Shown: positions 36,256 through 46,120 of the stretch, one piece after another
Layout: the number at the start of each line of letters is the position of its first letter
Numbering within the stretch: the stretch's first letter is position 1
Assembly (NCBI GenBank): GCA_965202805.1
Contig: OZ241869.1
Coordinates: 1,728,001 to 1,792,000, forward strand
Direction of reading: 5' to 3'
DNA: 64,000 nucleotides
Source of the DNA: Longimicrobiales bacterium
Lineage (GTDB): Bacteria; Gemmatimonadota; Gemmatimonadetes; Longimicrobiales; Gaopeijiaceae
Notes under the pieces: model-generated
What the model was told of the DNA's origin: nothing
The model's database searches: none
The model's input: the letters and a program-made list of their open reading frames with translations, nothing else
Program-made: the position numbers and the translations under genes

Positions 36256-37728
36256 CTAGGAGAGCCCCTGCAACCAGAGCACCACAAAGGCCCCGTAGAA
36301 CACCGACGTCGCGACCAGCGCGACCCTTCGCCACATCGGCGGCCGGATCTCCTCCGGCAGGAAGCGCGTGTTGATGTACAGGAGATGGAGTGACGAGATC
36401 ACGAAGACGATGCCTGCCATGTTCGCGCCCAGCTGCAGCAGCACGATCGGCTGCGCCAGCCCCAGGCCGACGATCCCCCAGCCGGCGATCCCCACGAGCA
36501 CCGTGTAGTAGACGAAGCGCACGTCGCCTCCGCGCCAGCGCCGCACGCGCCGGGAGCCGGTCCAGAGGATGTCGGTGATGGCGCGCGTCATTCCGTCGAC
36601 GATGTCCAGCTGGGTCTTGAACAGGATCCAGACGCCCATCAGCGCGATGACGCCCCCGAAGAGCGCGCCCGCCCGGGTGGCCATGGCGTCGGCCAGCGCC
36701 GCCGCCACCGAGAGGCCGCGGATGTCGGTGCCGGCGTCGATGAAGGTCACGTAGAGCACGGCCGGCAGGATCATGCCCAGCAGCGCGCCACCGAAATAGA
36801 CGCCCCACTGGTCGGCGCGCACGATGCGCCACCACCCCCGCCACCGCCCCATCGCGTCCGGCGTGGGATCGAAGATGTAGCCGGTCGGGGCGAGGCGCAC
36901 CTGCTTCCCTCCCACCGCGGCCGGGATGTAGCCGACCACGCTGCCCATCCCGTACCCCTTGTCGCGGGCCCAGTTGGAGAGGGTCAGGTTGGTCATGCCG
37001 CCCGCGCCCGAATAGGCGGCAAACGCCCCGATCAGGAAGAAGTCGGCGCCCGCCGGGAGGAAGCGGAACGCCCCCTGCGCAGGGTCGTAGCCGACCAGCC
37101 CCGCCGCCCCCGCGACCCAGGTCTCCGGGGCCACGAACATCAGCGCCAGCACCAGAAAGGTCCCGAGGATCGCCACCACCAGGATCCAGTTCAGGATCTC
37201 CAGGGTGCGTTCGATGCGGCGCCCGAAGAGCAGGATGGCGACGCACAGCACGAACGTCCCCACCCCGAAGGCATGCACCAGCCCGGCGTTCTCCGGCCCG
37301 GCCAGGTCGCGGAACACCAGAAAGAACACCGCGCCCGCCGCCGTGCCCGCCCAGGCCGGCCATCCCAGCTGCAGGAAGTAGAGCAGGGCGTAGACGACCG
37401 CCCAGAACGGAGCCGCCGGCCGGGTGCGCATGAAGCCGGTGAAGGCGGGCTCGCCGGTCGCGATGGTCCAGCGCATGAGCTCGGTGTTGAACACGGTCTG
37501 CAGGAAGGTGGCGACCAGCGTGACCCAGAGCAGCACCAGGCCGTAGCGCACGAACGCCGACGGACCCAGCAGGAATTCCCCACCCCCGATGGAGGCGCCC
37601 AGCACGATCACGCCGGGGCCCACGACCCCGATCCAGGCCAGCCCCCGGGGGCGGGGCGGGACCGGCAGCTCGGCGCTGCGGAAGGGAGCCAGGCCGGTCC
37701 GCGATTCCGGCGTTTGTTCTTCAGGCAC
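36256..37728 (-). CDS. Nramp-like (APC superfamily) membrane transporter
   Basis: GPGVIVLGASIGGGEFLLGP, RWTIATGE, multi-TM. Confidence 0.75.
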   Translation of the reverse strand: MPEEQTPESRTGLAPFRSAELPVPPRPRGLAWIGVVGPGVIVLGASIGGGEFLLGPSAFVRYGLVLLWVTLVATFLQTVFNTELMRWTIATGEPAFTGFMRTRPAAPFWAVVYALLYFLQLGWPAWAGTAAGAVFFLVFRDLAGPENAGLVHAFGVGTFVLCVAILLFGRRIERTLEILNWILVVAILGTFLVLALMFVAPETWVAGAAGLVGYDPAQGAFRFLPAGADFFLIGAFAAYSGAGGMTNLTLSNWARDKGYGMGSVVGYIPAAVGGKQVRLAPTGYIFDPTPDAMGRWRGWWRIVRADQWGVYFGGALLGMILPAVLYVTFIDAGTDIRGLSVAAALADAMATRAGALFGGVIALMGVWILFKTQLDIVDGMTRAITDILWTGSRRVRRWRGGDVRFVYYTVLVGIAGWGIVGLGLAQPIVLLQLGANMAGIVFVISSLHLLYINTRFLPEEIRPPMWRRVALVATSVFYGAFVVLWLQGLS

Positions 37729-37792
37729 GGGTCACCGCCCTCTGTTTCGGTTTGACCGCGAATCGGCAACGGGACGCACGGCGTCTCAAATC

Positions 37793-37821
37793 TTGCACTC
37801 GGGGCCGTTCTCGTACATCAT
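37793..37821 (+). promoter_or_regulatory. Putative sigma70 promoter of the oxidoreductase operon
   Basis: TTGCAC-N17-CATCAT, followed by a leader of about 200 nt. Confidence 0.45.
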
Positions 37822-38031
37822 TGGGGGCAATCGGGGTCGTATGCGACCCCCACCGCCAACGGGCCTTCCGGCCCAGCTTCGAACGGGGTCGAACCCAGCT
37901 AAGCCGTTTTCGTGACGAACACTCGGCCCCTTCCCCGCCCCCGTCTCGCCTCCGGCTGCCCCGGCGGCGTGCCGCGCTGACGCCAACTCCGCGAGCCGCA
38001 TGCGCCCCTTCAGGTCCAACGGCGAGGACTG

Positions 38032-39831
38032 ATGCAACCTACGGACGTCGGCAATCCCGACTACTACCACAAGGTGGTGGACTGCCAGTGGGGCTGTCCG
38101 GCCCACACCAACGTCCCCGAGTACATCCGCCTGATCGCCAACGGCCGCTACACCGATTCGTACTGGCTCAACCGGTCGTCGAACGTCTTCCCGGGAATCC
38201 TGGGCCGCACCTGCGACCGTCCCTGCGAGCCCGCCTGCCGGCGCACGCGCGTGGACGGCAAGCCGGTCGCCATCTGCCGCCTCAAGCGCGTCGCCGCCGA
38301 CCTTCGCGACCCGGCCGACGACCGCCTGCCCGAGATCCCGGTGGTCAAGAACGGCAAGCGCATCGCCCTGGTCGGGGCCGGGCCCGCGTCGCTCACCGTG
38401 TGCAACGACCTCATGCCGCTCGGCTACGAGTGCGTGATCTTCGAGGGGCTCGACCGCCCCGGCGGGCTCATGCGCACCAACATCCCCGCCTTCCGGCTCC
38501 CGTGGCAGGTCCTCGACGAAGAGATCGACATGATCCTCGACATGGGCGTGGAGATCCACTACAACGCGCGCATCGAGTCGATGAAGGCGCTTCTCGAGGA
38601 GGGCTACGACGCCGTCTTCGTGGGCACCGGGGCGCCCAGGGGCAAGGAGCTCAACATCCCGGGCCGCCAGGAAGCCGCCGACAACATCCACATCGGCATC
38701 GAGTGGCTGGAGTCGGTGCACTTCGGGCATGTGGACTCCATCGGCGAGCGCGTGCTGGTGATCGGGGTCGGCAACACGGCGATGGATTGCTGCCGCACCT
38801 CGAAGCGCCTGGGCGGCATCGACATCAAGGTGATGGCGCGCAAGTCGCGGCCGTACTTCAAGGCGTCGCCGTGGGAGCTCGAGGACGCCGAAGAGGAGCT
38901 GGTGGAGATCGTCGAGAACTACTCCCCGAAGCGCTTCGTGCTGGAGAACGGCAGGCTGGTCGGGATGGAATTCGAGCTGGTCAGCTGGCACAAGGACGAG
39001 GCGAGCGGCCGGCTGAAGGCGACGGTGCACGACACCGAGATCCTTCCCTGCGACGACGTCATCCTCGCCATCGGCCAGGACAACGCCTTCCCCTGGATCG
39101 AGCGCGACATCGGCATCGAGTTCAACCACTGGGACATGCCCGAGGTCGACCGCACCACCTTCATGACCACCCGCGAGGGGATCTTCGTGGGCGGTGACGC
39201 GGCCTGGGGGCCGGAGAACATCATCTGGGCGGTGGAACACGGCCACCAGGCGGCCATCTCCATCCACAACTACTGCCAGGGGCTCTCGCTCACCGAAGAC
39301 CGTCCGCCCCAGGATCACAACCTCATCTCCGCCAAGATGGGGATGCACGAGTGGGCCTACTCCAACGACTACAATCCCTCGGCGCGGCAGAAGATGCAGC
39401 ACGTGGAGCTGGTGCGCCGCTTCGAGGAGCTCTCCATCGAGGTGGAGATGGGCTTCGACGCGGAGCAGACCGCGCGCGAGGTGGAGCGCTGCCTCAACTG
39501 CGACATCCAGACCCACTTCGAGGCGAAGCTGTGCATCGAGTGCGACGCCTGCATCGACATCTGCCCGGTGCACTGCCTCACGATCACCGTGAACGGCGAT
39601 GAAGAGGACCTCCGGACCCGTCTCATGGCGCCCGCGGAGAACCTCACACAGGATCTGATGGTATCAGAAGGACTCCCCCAGACCGGGCGCGTGATGGTCA
39701 AGGACGAGGATCTCTGCGTCCACTGCGGGCTGTGCGCGGAACGCTGTCCGACGGCAGCGTGGGACATGCGCAAGTTCGAACTGTTGATACCCTACGCGGG
39801 GCAGGAAGCGGCATGCCCGACCCACGTCTAG
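38032..39831 (+). CDS. GltD-like FAD/NAD(P)-dependent oxidoreductase with C-terminal ferredoxin domain (KorC-like)
   Basis: CQWGCP, CDRPCEPAC, GAGPA, GVGNTAMD, CIECDACIDICP, CVHCGLCAERCP. Confidence 0.9.
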   Translation: MQPTDVGNPDYYHKVVDCQWGCPAHTNVPEYIRLIANGRYTDSYWLNRSSNVFPGILGRTCDRPCEPACRRTRVDGKPVAICRLKRVAADLRDPADDRLPEIPVVKNGKRIALVGAGPASLTVCNDLMPLGYECVIFEGLDRPGGLMRTNIPAFRLPWQVLDEEIDMILDMGVEIHYNARIESMKALLEEGYDAVFVGTGAPRGKELNIPGRQEAADNIHIGIEWLESVHFGHVDSIGERVLVIGVGNTAMDCCRTSKRLGGIDIKVMARKSRPYFKASPWELEDAEEELVEIVENYSPKRFVLENGRLVGMEFELVSWHKDEASGRLKATVHDTEILPCDDVILAIGQDNAFPWIERDIGIEFNHWDMPEVDRTTFMTTREGIFVGGDAAWGPENIIWAVEHGHQAAISIHNYCQGLSLTEDRPPQDHNLISAKMGMHEWAYSNDYNPSARQKMQHVELVRRFEELSIEVEMGFDAEQTAREVERCLNCDIQTHFEAKLCIECDACIDICPVHCLTITVNGDEEDLRTRLMAPAENLTQDLMVSEGLPQTGRVMVKDEDLCVHCGLCAERCPTAAWDMRKFELLIPYAGQEAACPTHV

Positions 39832-41684
39832 ACAAGACCGACCGCACCAACGACTTCGCGTTCAAGATCGGGACCGTCAACGGCACCGGCTCGGCCAGCG
39901 CCAACGGTCTCATCATGCAGGCGATCTTCCGCATGGGGATCCCCTGCACCGGCAAGAACGTCTTCCCCTCCAACATCCAGGGGCTCCCGACCTGGTACGA
40001 GATCCGGGTGAGCCGGGACGGGTACTCGGCGCGCACCCCCGATTTCGACCTCATCGTGGCCATGAATCCGGCCACCTACGAGCGCGACATCGCCGAGGTG
40101 CGTCCGGGCGGATATCTGCTGCACGACTCCTCCTGGCCCATGGCGAAGGAGTTCCTGCGCGACGACATCACCTTCCTGGGCGTTCCGCTGGGCGAGATGT
40201 GCGTGCGCGAGTTCAAGGGCGCGCGCGTGCGCATCCTGATGAAGAACATCGCCTACGCCGGGGCGCTGGCCGCGCTGCTGTCGATGGACCTGGACGTCAT
40301 CCGCGGGATGATCCGGGAGAAGTTCGCGGCCAAGCCCAAGCTCATCGGCTCGAACTACAAGGCGATCGAGCTGGGCTACGACTATGCGATGGAGCACTTC
40401 GACTGCCCGCTGCCGATCCGGCTCGAGACGATGGACGCGACCTCGGACCACGTGCTCATGGACGGCAACACCTCGGCGGCGCTCGGCTGCGTCTATGCCG
40501 GTGCGACCGTGGGCGCCTGGTACCCCATCACACCCTCCACCTCGCTGATGGACGCATTCAAGCGCTTTTGCGAGCGCTTCCGCAAGGACCCCGAGACGGG
40601 CGAGCGCAGCTTCTTCATCGCGCAGGCCGAGGACGAGCTGGCGGCGGCCGGCGTGGTGGTGGGCGCGGGATGGGCCGGTGCGCGCGCCTTCACCCCCACC
40701 AGCGGCCCGGGCATCTCGCTGATGAGCGAGTTCATCGGGCTGGCCTACTACGCGGAAGTGCCGTCGGTGTTCGTGGACGTGCAGCGGGTCGGGCCCTCGA
40801 CGGGCATGCCGACGCGCACCCAGCAGGGGGACCTCGCGGCGGTCGCATACGCCTCGCACGGCGACACCAAACACATCGTGCTCTTCCCGGCCAACCCCGA
40901 GGAGTCGTTCCACATGGCGGTGGAGGCCTTCGACCTGGCCGAACGCTTCCAGACCCCGGTGTTCCTGGTGCAGGACCTGGACATCGGCATGAACGACTGG
41001 ATGATCCCGAAACTGACCTGGGACGACGGCTTCGCGCCCGACCGGGGCAAGGTGCTCGGGGCGGCGGAGCTGGAGCGCATCGAGAAGTTCTACCGCTACA
41101 TGGATGTCGACGGCGACGGGATTCCGTACCGCTCGCTTCCGGGCGTGCACCCGAAGGGGGCCTACTTCACGCGCGGCTCCGGCCATACCAGCCGCGCGAC
41201 CTACACCGAGGACGCCGACGAGTACACCGAGGTCATGGACCGGCTGCACCGCAAGATCGACTCGGCGGCGAGCGAGGTGCCCTCGCCGGCGATCGAGATG
41301 CGCGATGGCGCCAGGGTGGCGCTCGTCACCATCGGTTCGTGCGACGGGGCGGTGCGGGAGGCGGCCGACATCCTGGAGAGCCAGGGCGTGCCCGTGGACT
41401 ACATGCGCGTGCGCGGCTTCCCCTTCGACCCCCTCGTGCGCGAGTTCCTGGACGCCCACGAGCTCAACTTCGTGGTGGAGCAGAACCGGGACGCCCAGCT
41501 GAAGAGGCTGCTGGTGACCGAGACCGAGGTCGACCCGGGCCGCATCCACTCGGTTCTGGACTACGGGGGCTTCCCAATGAGCGCGGCCTTCGTGGCGGGC
41601 GAGGTGAACGAGCGCCTCGGCCTCACACCGGACGAAAGCAAGGTGCGGCCGGCGGCGGAGCGGCCGGAAGGAGCAGTGGCATGA
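39813..41684 (+). CDS. korA: 2-oxoacid:acceptor oxidoreductase alpha subunit
   Basis: NGTGSASAN, YPITPSTS, QAEDE, TSGPG, QRVGPSTGMPT; start ATG 39813. Confidence 0.9.
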   Translation: MPDPRLDKTDRTNDFAFKIGTVNGTGSASANGLIMQAIFRMGIPCTGKNVFPSNIQGLPTWYEIRVSRDGYSARTPDFDLIVAMNPATYERDIAEVRPGGYLLHDSSWPMAKEFLRDDITFLGVPLGEMCVREFKGARVRILMKNIAYAGALAALLSMDLDVIRGMIREKFAAKPKLIGSNYKAIELGYDYAMEHFDCPLPIRLETMDATSDHVLMDGNTSAALGCVYAGATVGAWYPITPSTSLMDAFKRFCERFRKDPETGERSFFIAQAEDELAAAGVVVGAGWAGARAFTPTSGPGISLMSEFIGLAYYAEVPSVFVDVQRVGPSTGMPTRTQQGDLAAVAYASHGDTKHIVLFPANPEESFHMAVEAFDLAERFQTPVFLVQDLDIGMNDWMIPKLTWDDGFAPDRGKVLGAAELERIEKFYRYMDVDGDGIPYRSLPGVHPKGAYFTRGSGHTSRATYTEDADEYTEVMDRLHRKIDSAASEVPSPAIEMRDGARVALVTIGSCDGAVREAADILESQGVPVDYMRVRGFPFDPLVREFLDAHELNFVVEQNRDAQLKRLLVTETEVDPGRIHSVLDYGGFPMSAAFVAGEVNERLGLTPDESKVRPAAERPEGAVA

Positions 41685-42736
41685 CCTATATTCCCAAGCC
41701 TGCAGTCCGGCATCCGGGTCTGGGCGCGAACGAGCTCGGACTTCACCTGCGCGACTACGAGGGCACCATCTCGACCCTGTGCGCGGGGTGCGGCCACGAC
41801 TCGGTGACGGCCGCCATCATCCAGGCCTTCTACGAGCTGTCCATCCCGCCGCACCGCATCGCCAAGATGAGCGGCATCGGCTGCTCGGCGAAGACGCCGG
41901 CGTACTTCGTGGACCAGGCGCACGGCTTCAACGGGGTGCACGGGCGCATGCCCGCTCTCGCGACGGGAGCGAACGCGGCCAACAAGGACCTCTACTACAT
42001 CGGCATTTCCGGCGACGGCGACTCTCTCTCGATCGGTCTGGGCCAGTTCTGCCACGCGATCCGCCGCAACGTCAACATGCTGTACGTGCTGGAGAACAAC
42101 GGCGTCTACGGGCTCACCAAGGGCCAGTTCTCCGCTTCCGCGGACGTGGGCTCGCGCTCCAAGCGCGGCGTGCCCAACAAGAGCGAGCCCATCGACCCGG
42201 TGGCGCTGGCGCTCACCCTGGGGGCCACCTTCGTCGCCCGCGGCTTCTCCGGCGACAAGCAGCAGCTCCTCCCGCTGCTCAAGGCGGGGCTGATGCACAA
42301 GGGCTTCGCCTTCCTGGACGTGATCTCCCCGTGCGTGACCTTCAACGACCACGTCGGGTCGACGAAGAGCTACCTCTACACCCGCCACCACGGACACGAA
42401 CTCGTCCCCGTGGACTTCGTGCCCATCCGCTCGGAGATCTCCGCGTCGTACAAGCACGGCGGCCGCACCTCCATCACCATGCACGACGGCAGCATGGTGC
42501 GCTTCCGCAAGGTGCCCGAGGACTACGACCCCACCGACCGCCTGTCCGCCTACGAGCACTACCGCAGCCTGCAGAACCGGGGCGAGGTCGTGACCGGGCT
42601 CCTCTACCTGGATCCCGGCGGCGAGGACATGCACGACGACAACGCGACCACCTCGACCCCGCTCGCCGAAATGGCCTACGAGGACCTCTGCCCCGGCAGC
42701 GAGCGGATGGACGCGCTGATGGAGGAGTTCAGGTAG
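41681..42736 (+). CDS. korB: 2-oxoacid:ferredoxin oxidoreductase beta subunit
   Basis: LCAGCGH, SGIGCS, HGR, GDGD...NNGVYGLTKGQ TPP motif, SPCVTFN. Confidence 0.9.
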   Translation: MTYIPKPAVRHPGLGANELGLHLRDYEGTISTLCAGCGHDSVTAAIIQAFYELSIPPHRIAKMSGIGCSAKTPAYFVDQAHGFNGVHGRMPALATGANAANKDLYYIGISGDGDSLSIGLGQFCHAIRRNVNMLYVLENNGVYGLTKGQFSASADVGSRSKRGVPNKSEPIDPVALALTLGATFVARGFSGDKQQLLPLLKAGLMHKGFAFLDVISPCVTFNDHVGSTKSYLYTRHHGHELVPVDFVPIRSEISASYKHGGRTSITMHDGSMVRFRKVPEDYDPTDRLSAYEHYRSLQNRGEVVTGLLYLDPGGEDMHDDNATTSTPLAEMAYEDLCPGSERMDALMEEFR

Positions 42737-42786
42737 GGATCAACCCGATCGGGGCTGATGGGTTGGGGGACGGTTCGGTAGCCGAA

Positions 42787-44286
42787 TCATCGGGAGACTC
42801 CGTCCTCCCCGTACACGAACCGCTCCACCTCGCCGTGCACGCGCTCGACCGTCTCGGCCGAGGGCCCGGCGGTGCGGGCGGATACGGCGACCGCCACCGC
42901 GAAGTTGGCTGCCAACCCCCAGAGCCCGCCGTGGATGCCCATCGGGTTCGGATCGAGCAGGAGGGACCACCACAGGGTGGCCACGCCGGCGGCCAGCCCC
43001 GCCAGGACTCCCGCCTTGGTCAGCGAGCGGCCGCCCGGGAAGCAGATCCCGAAGATGGCGGGCAGCAGCTGGAGGGCGCCCGAGCCCGAGAGGTTGATGA
43101 TGCTCACCAGCAGGGCGCTCTCCTGGAGCGACAGCCAGTAGGCCACAACCAGCAGCGCCAGCACGATGGCCTGGCCGACGCGCACGTAGTGCTTCTGGCT
43201 GCGGTCGCGCACCAGATAGCGCTGGTACACGTCGCGGGTGAGCACGGTCATGTTGGCGTGCAGGATTGAGTCCAGGGTGGACATGGCGGCGGCCGCCGCG
43301 CCGGCCAGGATCAGGCCGGTGAGCCAGGGGGGCGCGAAGGAGAAGAGCAGCTCCGGAAAGACGCGGTCGGCCTGGGCGAGATCCGGGAGCACCAGTGCCC
43401 CGCCGAGGCCCACCAGCGCCGCCGGGATGTAGAGCGTCATCAGGTAGATGGGCGTGGTGGCCCCCAGCAGCTTGAGCGTCTTGCCGTCCACCGCAGTGTA
43501 GTAGCGGATCATCATGTGGGGCTGGAGGACGATGCCGAACGAAAGCGTGATCACCATCCCCACCCAGATGCCCGGGGTGAACAGCCCTTCCGGGCCGGGG
43601 AGCGTGAGCAACTCGGGACGCTGGTCCGCCACGGCCCGCCACAGCTCGAGCGGCCCCCCGAACAGCTCGAACGAGAGCACCAGCGCGCCCGCCCACACCG
43701 CGACGTACATCCACACGCCCTGCATGACGTCGGTCCAGTAGACGGCCCGCAGCCCGCCGATCGCCAGGTGCACCGCGGCCACCGCCAGCATCACGAACAC
43801 GCCGACCTCGAAGGGAATGCGTCCGTCCGAGGCGACCTCCACGATGTAGCCCAGCGCGAGGGCCTGCACCTGGATGTAGAGGATGGTGAAAACCACCGAG
43901 AACAGCGCGATCGCCACCCGAACCGCCTCGGATTCGTAGAAGTCGGCCAGCATGTCCGCCGGCGTGATGTAGCCGAAGGTCTTGCCCAGCGCCCAGATAC
44001 GGGTGCCGACCACGTAGGTGATGCCTCCGACCAGCACGGTCCACGCCCCGGCGGCCCAGAAGCCGATGCCGTGGGTATAGAAGAACCCGCCCGAACCCAG
44101 GAACGCGAAGGCGGAGTGGAAGGTGGCCACAACCGTGAGGTAGAGAACGACGAACCCGGTGCGCCGTCCGGCCAGAAGGAAGTCCTCCATGTCCACCGAC
44201 ATGTGCCGGTTGGCCACCACGGCCACCCCGAGCGTGATCAGCAGGTAGATGAAGATCAGGCTGGTGGCGACGACCCAGGTCTCCAT
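42787..44286 (-). CDS. Sodium:solute symporter family protein
   Basis: DFLLAGR, SAFAFLG, GGLRAVYWTD..QG, AAAMSTLDS. Confidence 0.9.
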   Translation of the reverse strand: METWVVATSLIFIYLLITLGVAVVANRHMSVDMEDFLLAGRRTGFVVLYLTVVATFHSAFAFLGSGGFFYTHGIGFWAAGAWTVLVGGITYVVGTRIWALGKTFGYITPADMLADFYESEAVRVAIALFSVVFTILYIQVQALALGYIVEVASDGRIPFEVGVFVMLAVAAVHLAIGGLRAVYWTDVMQGVWMYVAVWAGALVLSFELFGGPLELWRAVADQRPELLTLPGPEGLFTPGIWVGMVITLSFGIVLQPHMMIRYYTAVDGKTLKLLGATTPIYLMTLYIPAALVGLGGALVLPDLAQADRVFPELLFSFAPPWLTGLILAGAAAAAMSTLDSILHANMTVLTRDVYQRYLVRDRSQKHYVRVGQAIVLALLVVAYWLSLQESALLVSIINLSGSGALQLLPAIFGICFPGGRSLTKAGVLAGLAAGVATLWWSLLLDPNPMGIHGGLWGLAANFAVAVAVSARTAGPSAETVERVHGEVERFVYGEDGVSR

Positions 44287-44370
44287 CAGCGGACGACTCC
44301 GGCGTCCGGGTCAGGCGGCGTCGGACCGCGAGGGGACCGGACCTGACGGGCCGAGCAGACTTCGTTCACC

Positions 44371-44604
44371 CTACAACCCCCGCCGGTAGGCCCAGATCAG
44401 CACACAGATGAGCACCGAGTAGACTACGAAGAGGGCGACGTAGAAGAACGGCAGCCCGAGAAAAGTCGGCTCGATCCGGTTGAGCACGCGGTGCGTCACC
44501 GGCGGCATGGCAAGCATGAAGAGCGCTACGAAGGCGACGAGGGCGATCCGCCCGTCGCGGGTGCGCGGCCAGTAATGGCTACGTGGAGGGTCGGGCCTGG
44601 ACAT
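44371..44604 (-). CDS. DUF3311-like small membrane partner of SSS transporter
   Basis: 2 TM, NRIEPTFLGLPFF motif, located upstream of SSS gene. Confidence 0.75.
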   Translation of the reverse strand: MSRPDPPRSHYWPRTRDGRIALVAFVALFMLAMPPVTHRVLNRIEPTFLGLPFFYVALFVVYSVLICVLIWAYRRGL

Positions 44605-44657
44605 GGCGGGGAAGATGTTCGCGAGGCATGCGGCGGGCAAGCGCGCGCGTCCGCATC

Positions 44658-45905
44658 TCAGTTCAGCAGCATCGGCTGACCCAGCAGCCTGGCCGGGTCG
44701 GCTCCCGGCCGGGGCACGAACTTCTGCACGTGCCCGCCGTTGTAGGAAGCCACGTACAGGTTGCCCTCCTGGTCCACCGCCGCCTGGTGGGGCAGCACCA
44801 GCCCGCCCGGCCACGGCGGCCGCCCGATCGCCCCCGCCTCGCCGTACGCGCCCCAGGTATCATGCAGGCGCCCGTCGCGGTCGTACTTGAGCAGCCGGTT
44901 CAGGGTCGCGTCCAGCACCCACACGGCGTGGCTCTCATCGATGTAGATGTTCACCGGGTCGAAGATGTCGGGCCATTCCTCGATGAACTCCCCGTCCTCG
45001 GTAAACACCTGAATCCGGCTGTTGCGGCGATCCGCCACGTAGACGCGCCGATCCACATCCACCGCGATGCTGTGCAGCAGGTTGAACTCCCCGGGGCCGT
45101 CCCCCGGAGCACCCCACTCCATCAGGTACTCGCCCTCGGCGCTGAACTTGACCACGCGGGTCTTCCAGTAGCCGTCCGCCACGTAGAAGCTCCCGTCCGG
45201 CAGGAAGGCGATGTCGGCCTGGCGTCCGAACACGTACGGCTCATCGTTGACGCGCGCCTCCACCATGGTCTCCGGGTAGTTCGCCCGCCCGATCTCCATC
45301 ACCAGCTCCCTGCCGTCGTTGGTGAACTTGAAGATCTGCATGCGGCGGTTGTCGATCACCCACACGTGCCGCTCCGGGTCGTAGGGGCTGATGTAGACCG
45401 TGTGCGGCTCCCGCATGATCGAGTCCCACTGGCTCCAGTTCTCAATGATGTTGCCGGTGCGGTCGACCACCACGACGAAGTTGCCGGGGCGCGCCTGCTC
45501 CGCCCACGGCCGGTCGTCGTCGAAGTCCACCGGCAGGTCGCCCCGGGTCACCACGATGATCCGGTCGGGGTTGTCCACCGCCACCCCCGCGACGCGCCCC
45601 CAGGTCCACTCCTCGTCGTGGCTGGCGGCGGCCTTCCACCACCCCTCCACCACCTCGTAGTGGCCGGTGCGGTCGTCGCCTCCCTTCGGGCCTCCGGCAG
45701 CCGCAGCCCCCACGGCGGACGACGCCTCTGGAGCGGGGCTGCAGCCCGCGACGACCGCAAGCAGTGCGATCACGGTCAACAAGCCACGCGATGCCGCCGA
45801 CAAGCCCGGTGATACCGTCAACCTGCGCCCCGACAGGCGCGATCCCCGCGCACCGCTCGAGGGCGGTGGCGAACCCGTTCTCATGACGTCGCCCTCGGGT
45901 CTCAT
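44658..45905 (-). CDS. NHL-repeat beta-propeller lipoprotein (peptidyl-alpha-hydroxyglycine lyase-like)
   Basis: VAGC lipobox; YVADGY, GEFNLLHSIAVD, YVADRRNSRIQVF repeats. Confidence 0.85.
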   Translation of the reverse strand: MRPEGDVMRTGSPPPSSGARGSRLSGRRLTVSPGLSAASRGLLTVIALLAVVAGCSPAPEASSAVGAAAAGGPKGGDDRTGHYEVVEGWWKAAASHDEEWTWGRVAGVAVDNPDRIIVVTRGDLPVDFDDDRPWAEQARPGNFVVVVDRTGNIIENWSQWDSIMREPHTVYISPYDPERHVWVIDNRRMQIFKFTNDGRELVMEIGRANYPETMVEARVNDEPYVFGRQADIAFLPDGSFYVADGYWKTRVVKFSAEGEYLMEWGAPGDGPGEFNLLHSIAVDVDRRVYVADRRNSRIQVFTEDGEFIEEWPDIFDPVNIYIDESHAVWVLDATLNRLLKYDRDGRLHDTWGAYGEAGAIGRPPWPGGLVLPHQAAVDQEGNLYVASYNGGHVQKFVPRPGADPARLLGQPMLLN

Positions 45906-45945
45906 GAAATCCTCCGCAGGCCGGAATTCTCCCTGCCGGCCCCAT

Positions 45946-45986
45946 GCCGATATGGGAATATGGCTAGCCGATATGGTGATATGGCT
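45946..45986. repeat. 2 x 20-bp direct repeat (21-bp period) with four ATATGG units
   Basis: gccgatatgggaatatggct / gccgatatggtgatatggct. Confidence 0.8.
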
Positions 45987-46062
45987 CCCAGCGCCCGGCG
46001 GCGAAGCCCGCTCCACGCGCAACCCACCTCGAATGCCCCCGCTCCCTCGCACCGGAAACCGA

Positions 46063-46094
46063 CCGACCCCGGAGCCGGCAAGCCCCGGGGTCGG
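46063..46094 (-). terminator. GC-rich hairpin downstream of susD (terminator-like or stabiliser)
   Basis: ccgaccccgg ... ccggggtcgg 10-bp inverted repeat; U tract is weak. Confidence 0.45.
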
Positions 46095-46120
46095 CGTGTC
46101 GGAACCTTCGGCCCGTCTCC

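Noticed and set aside
35090..37363. 757-aa PLD ORF
   Set aside because: The upstream part is an off-frame reading of the Nramp-like gene
40199..42736. 845-aa KorB
   Set aside because: The upstream part overlaps korA out of frame; SD and ATGA overlap support 41681
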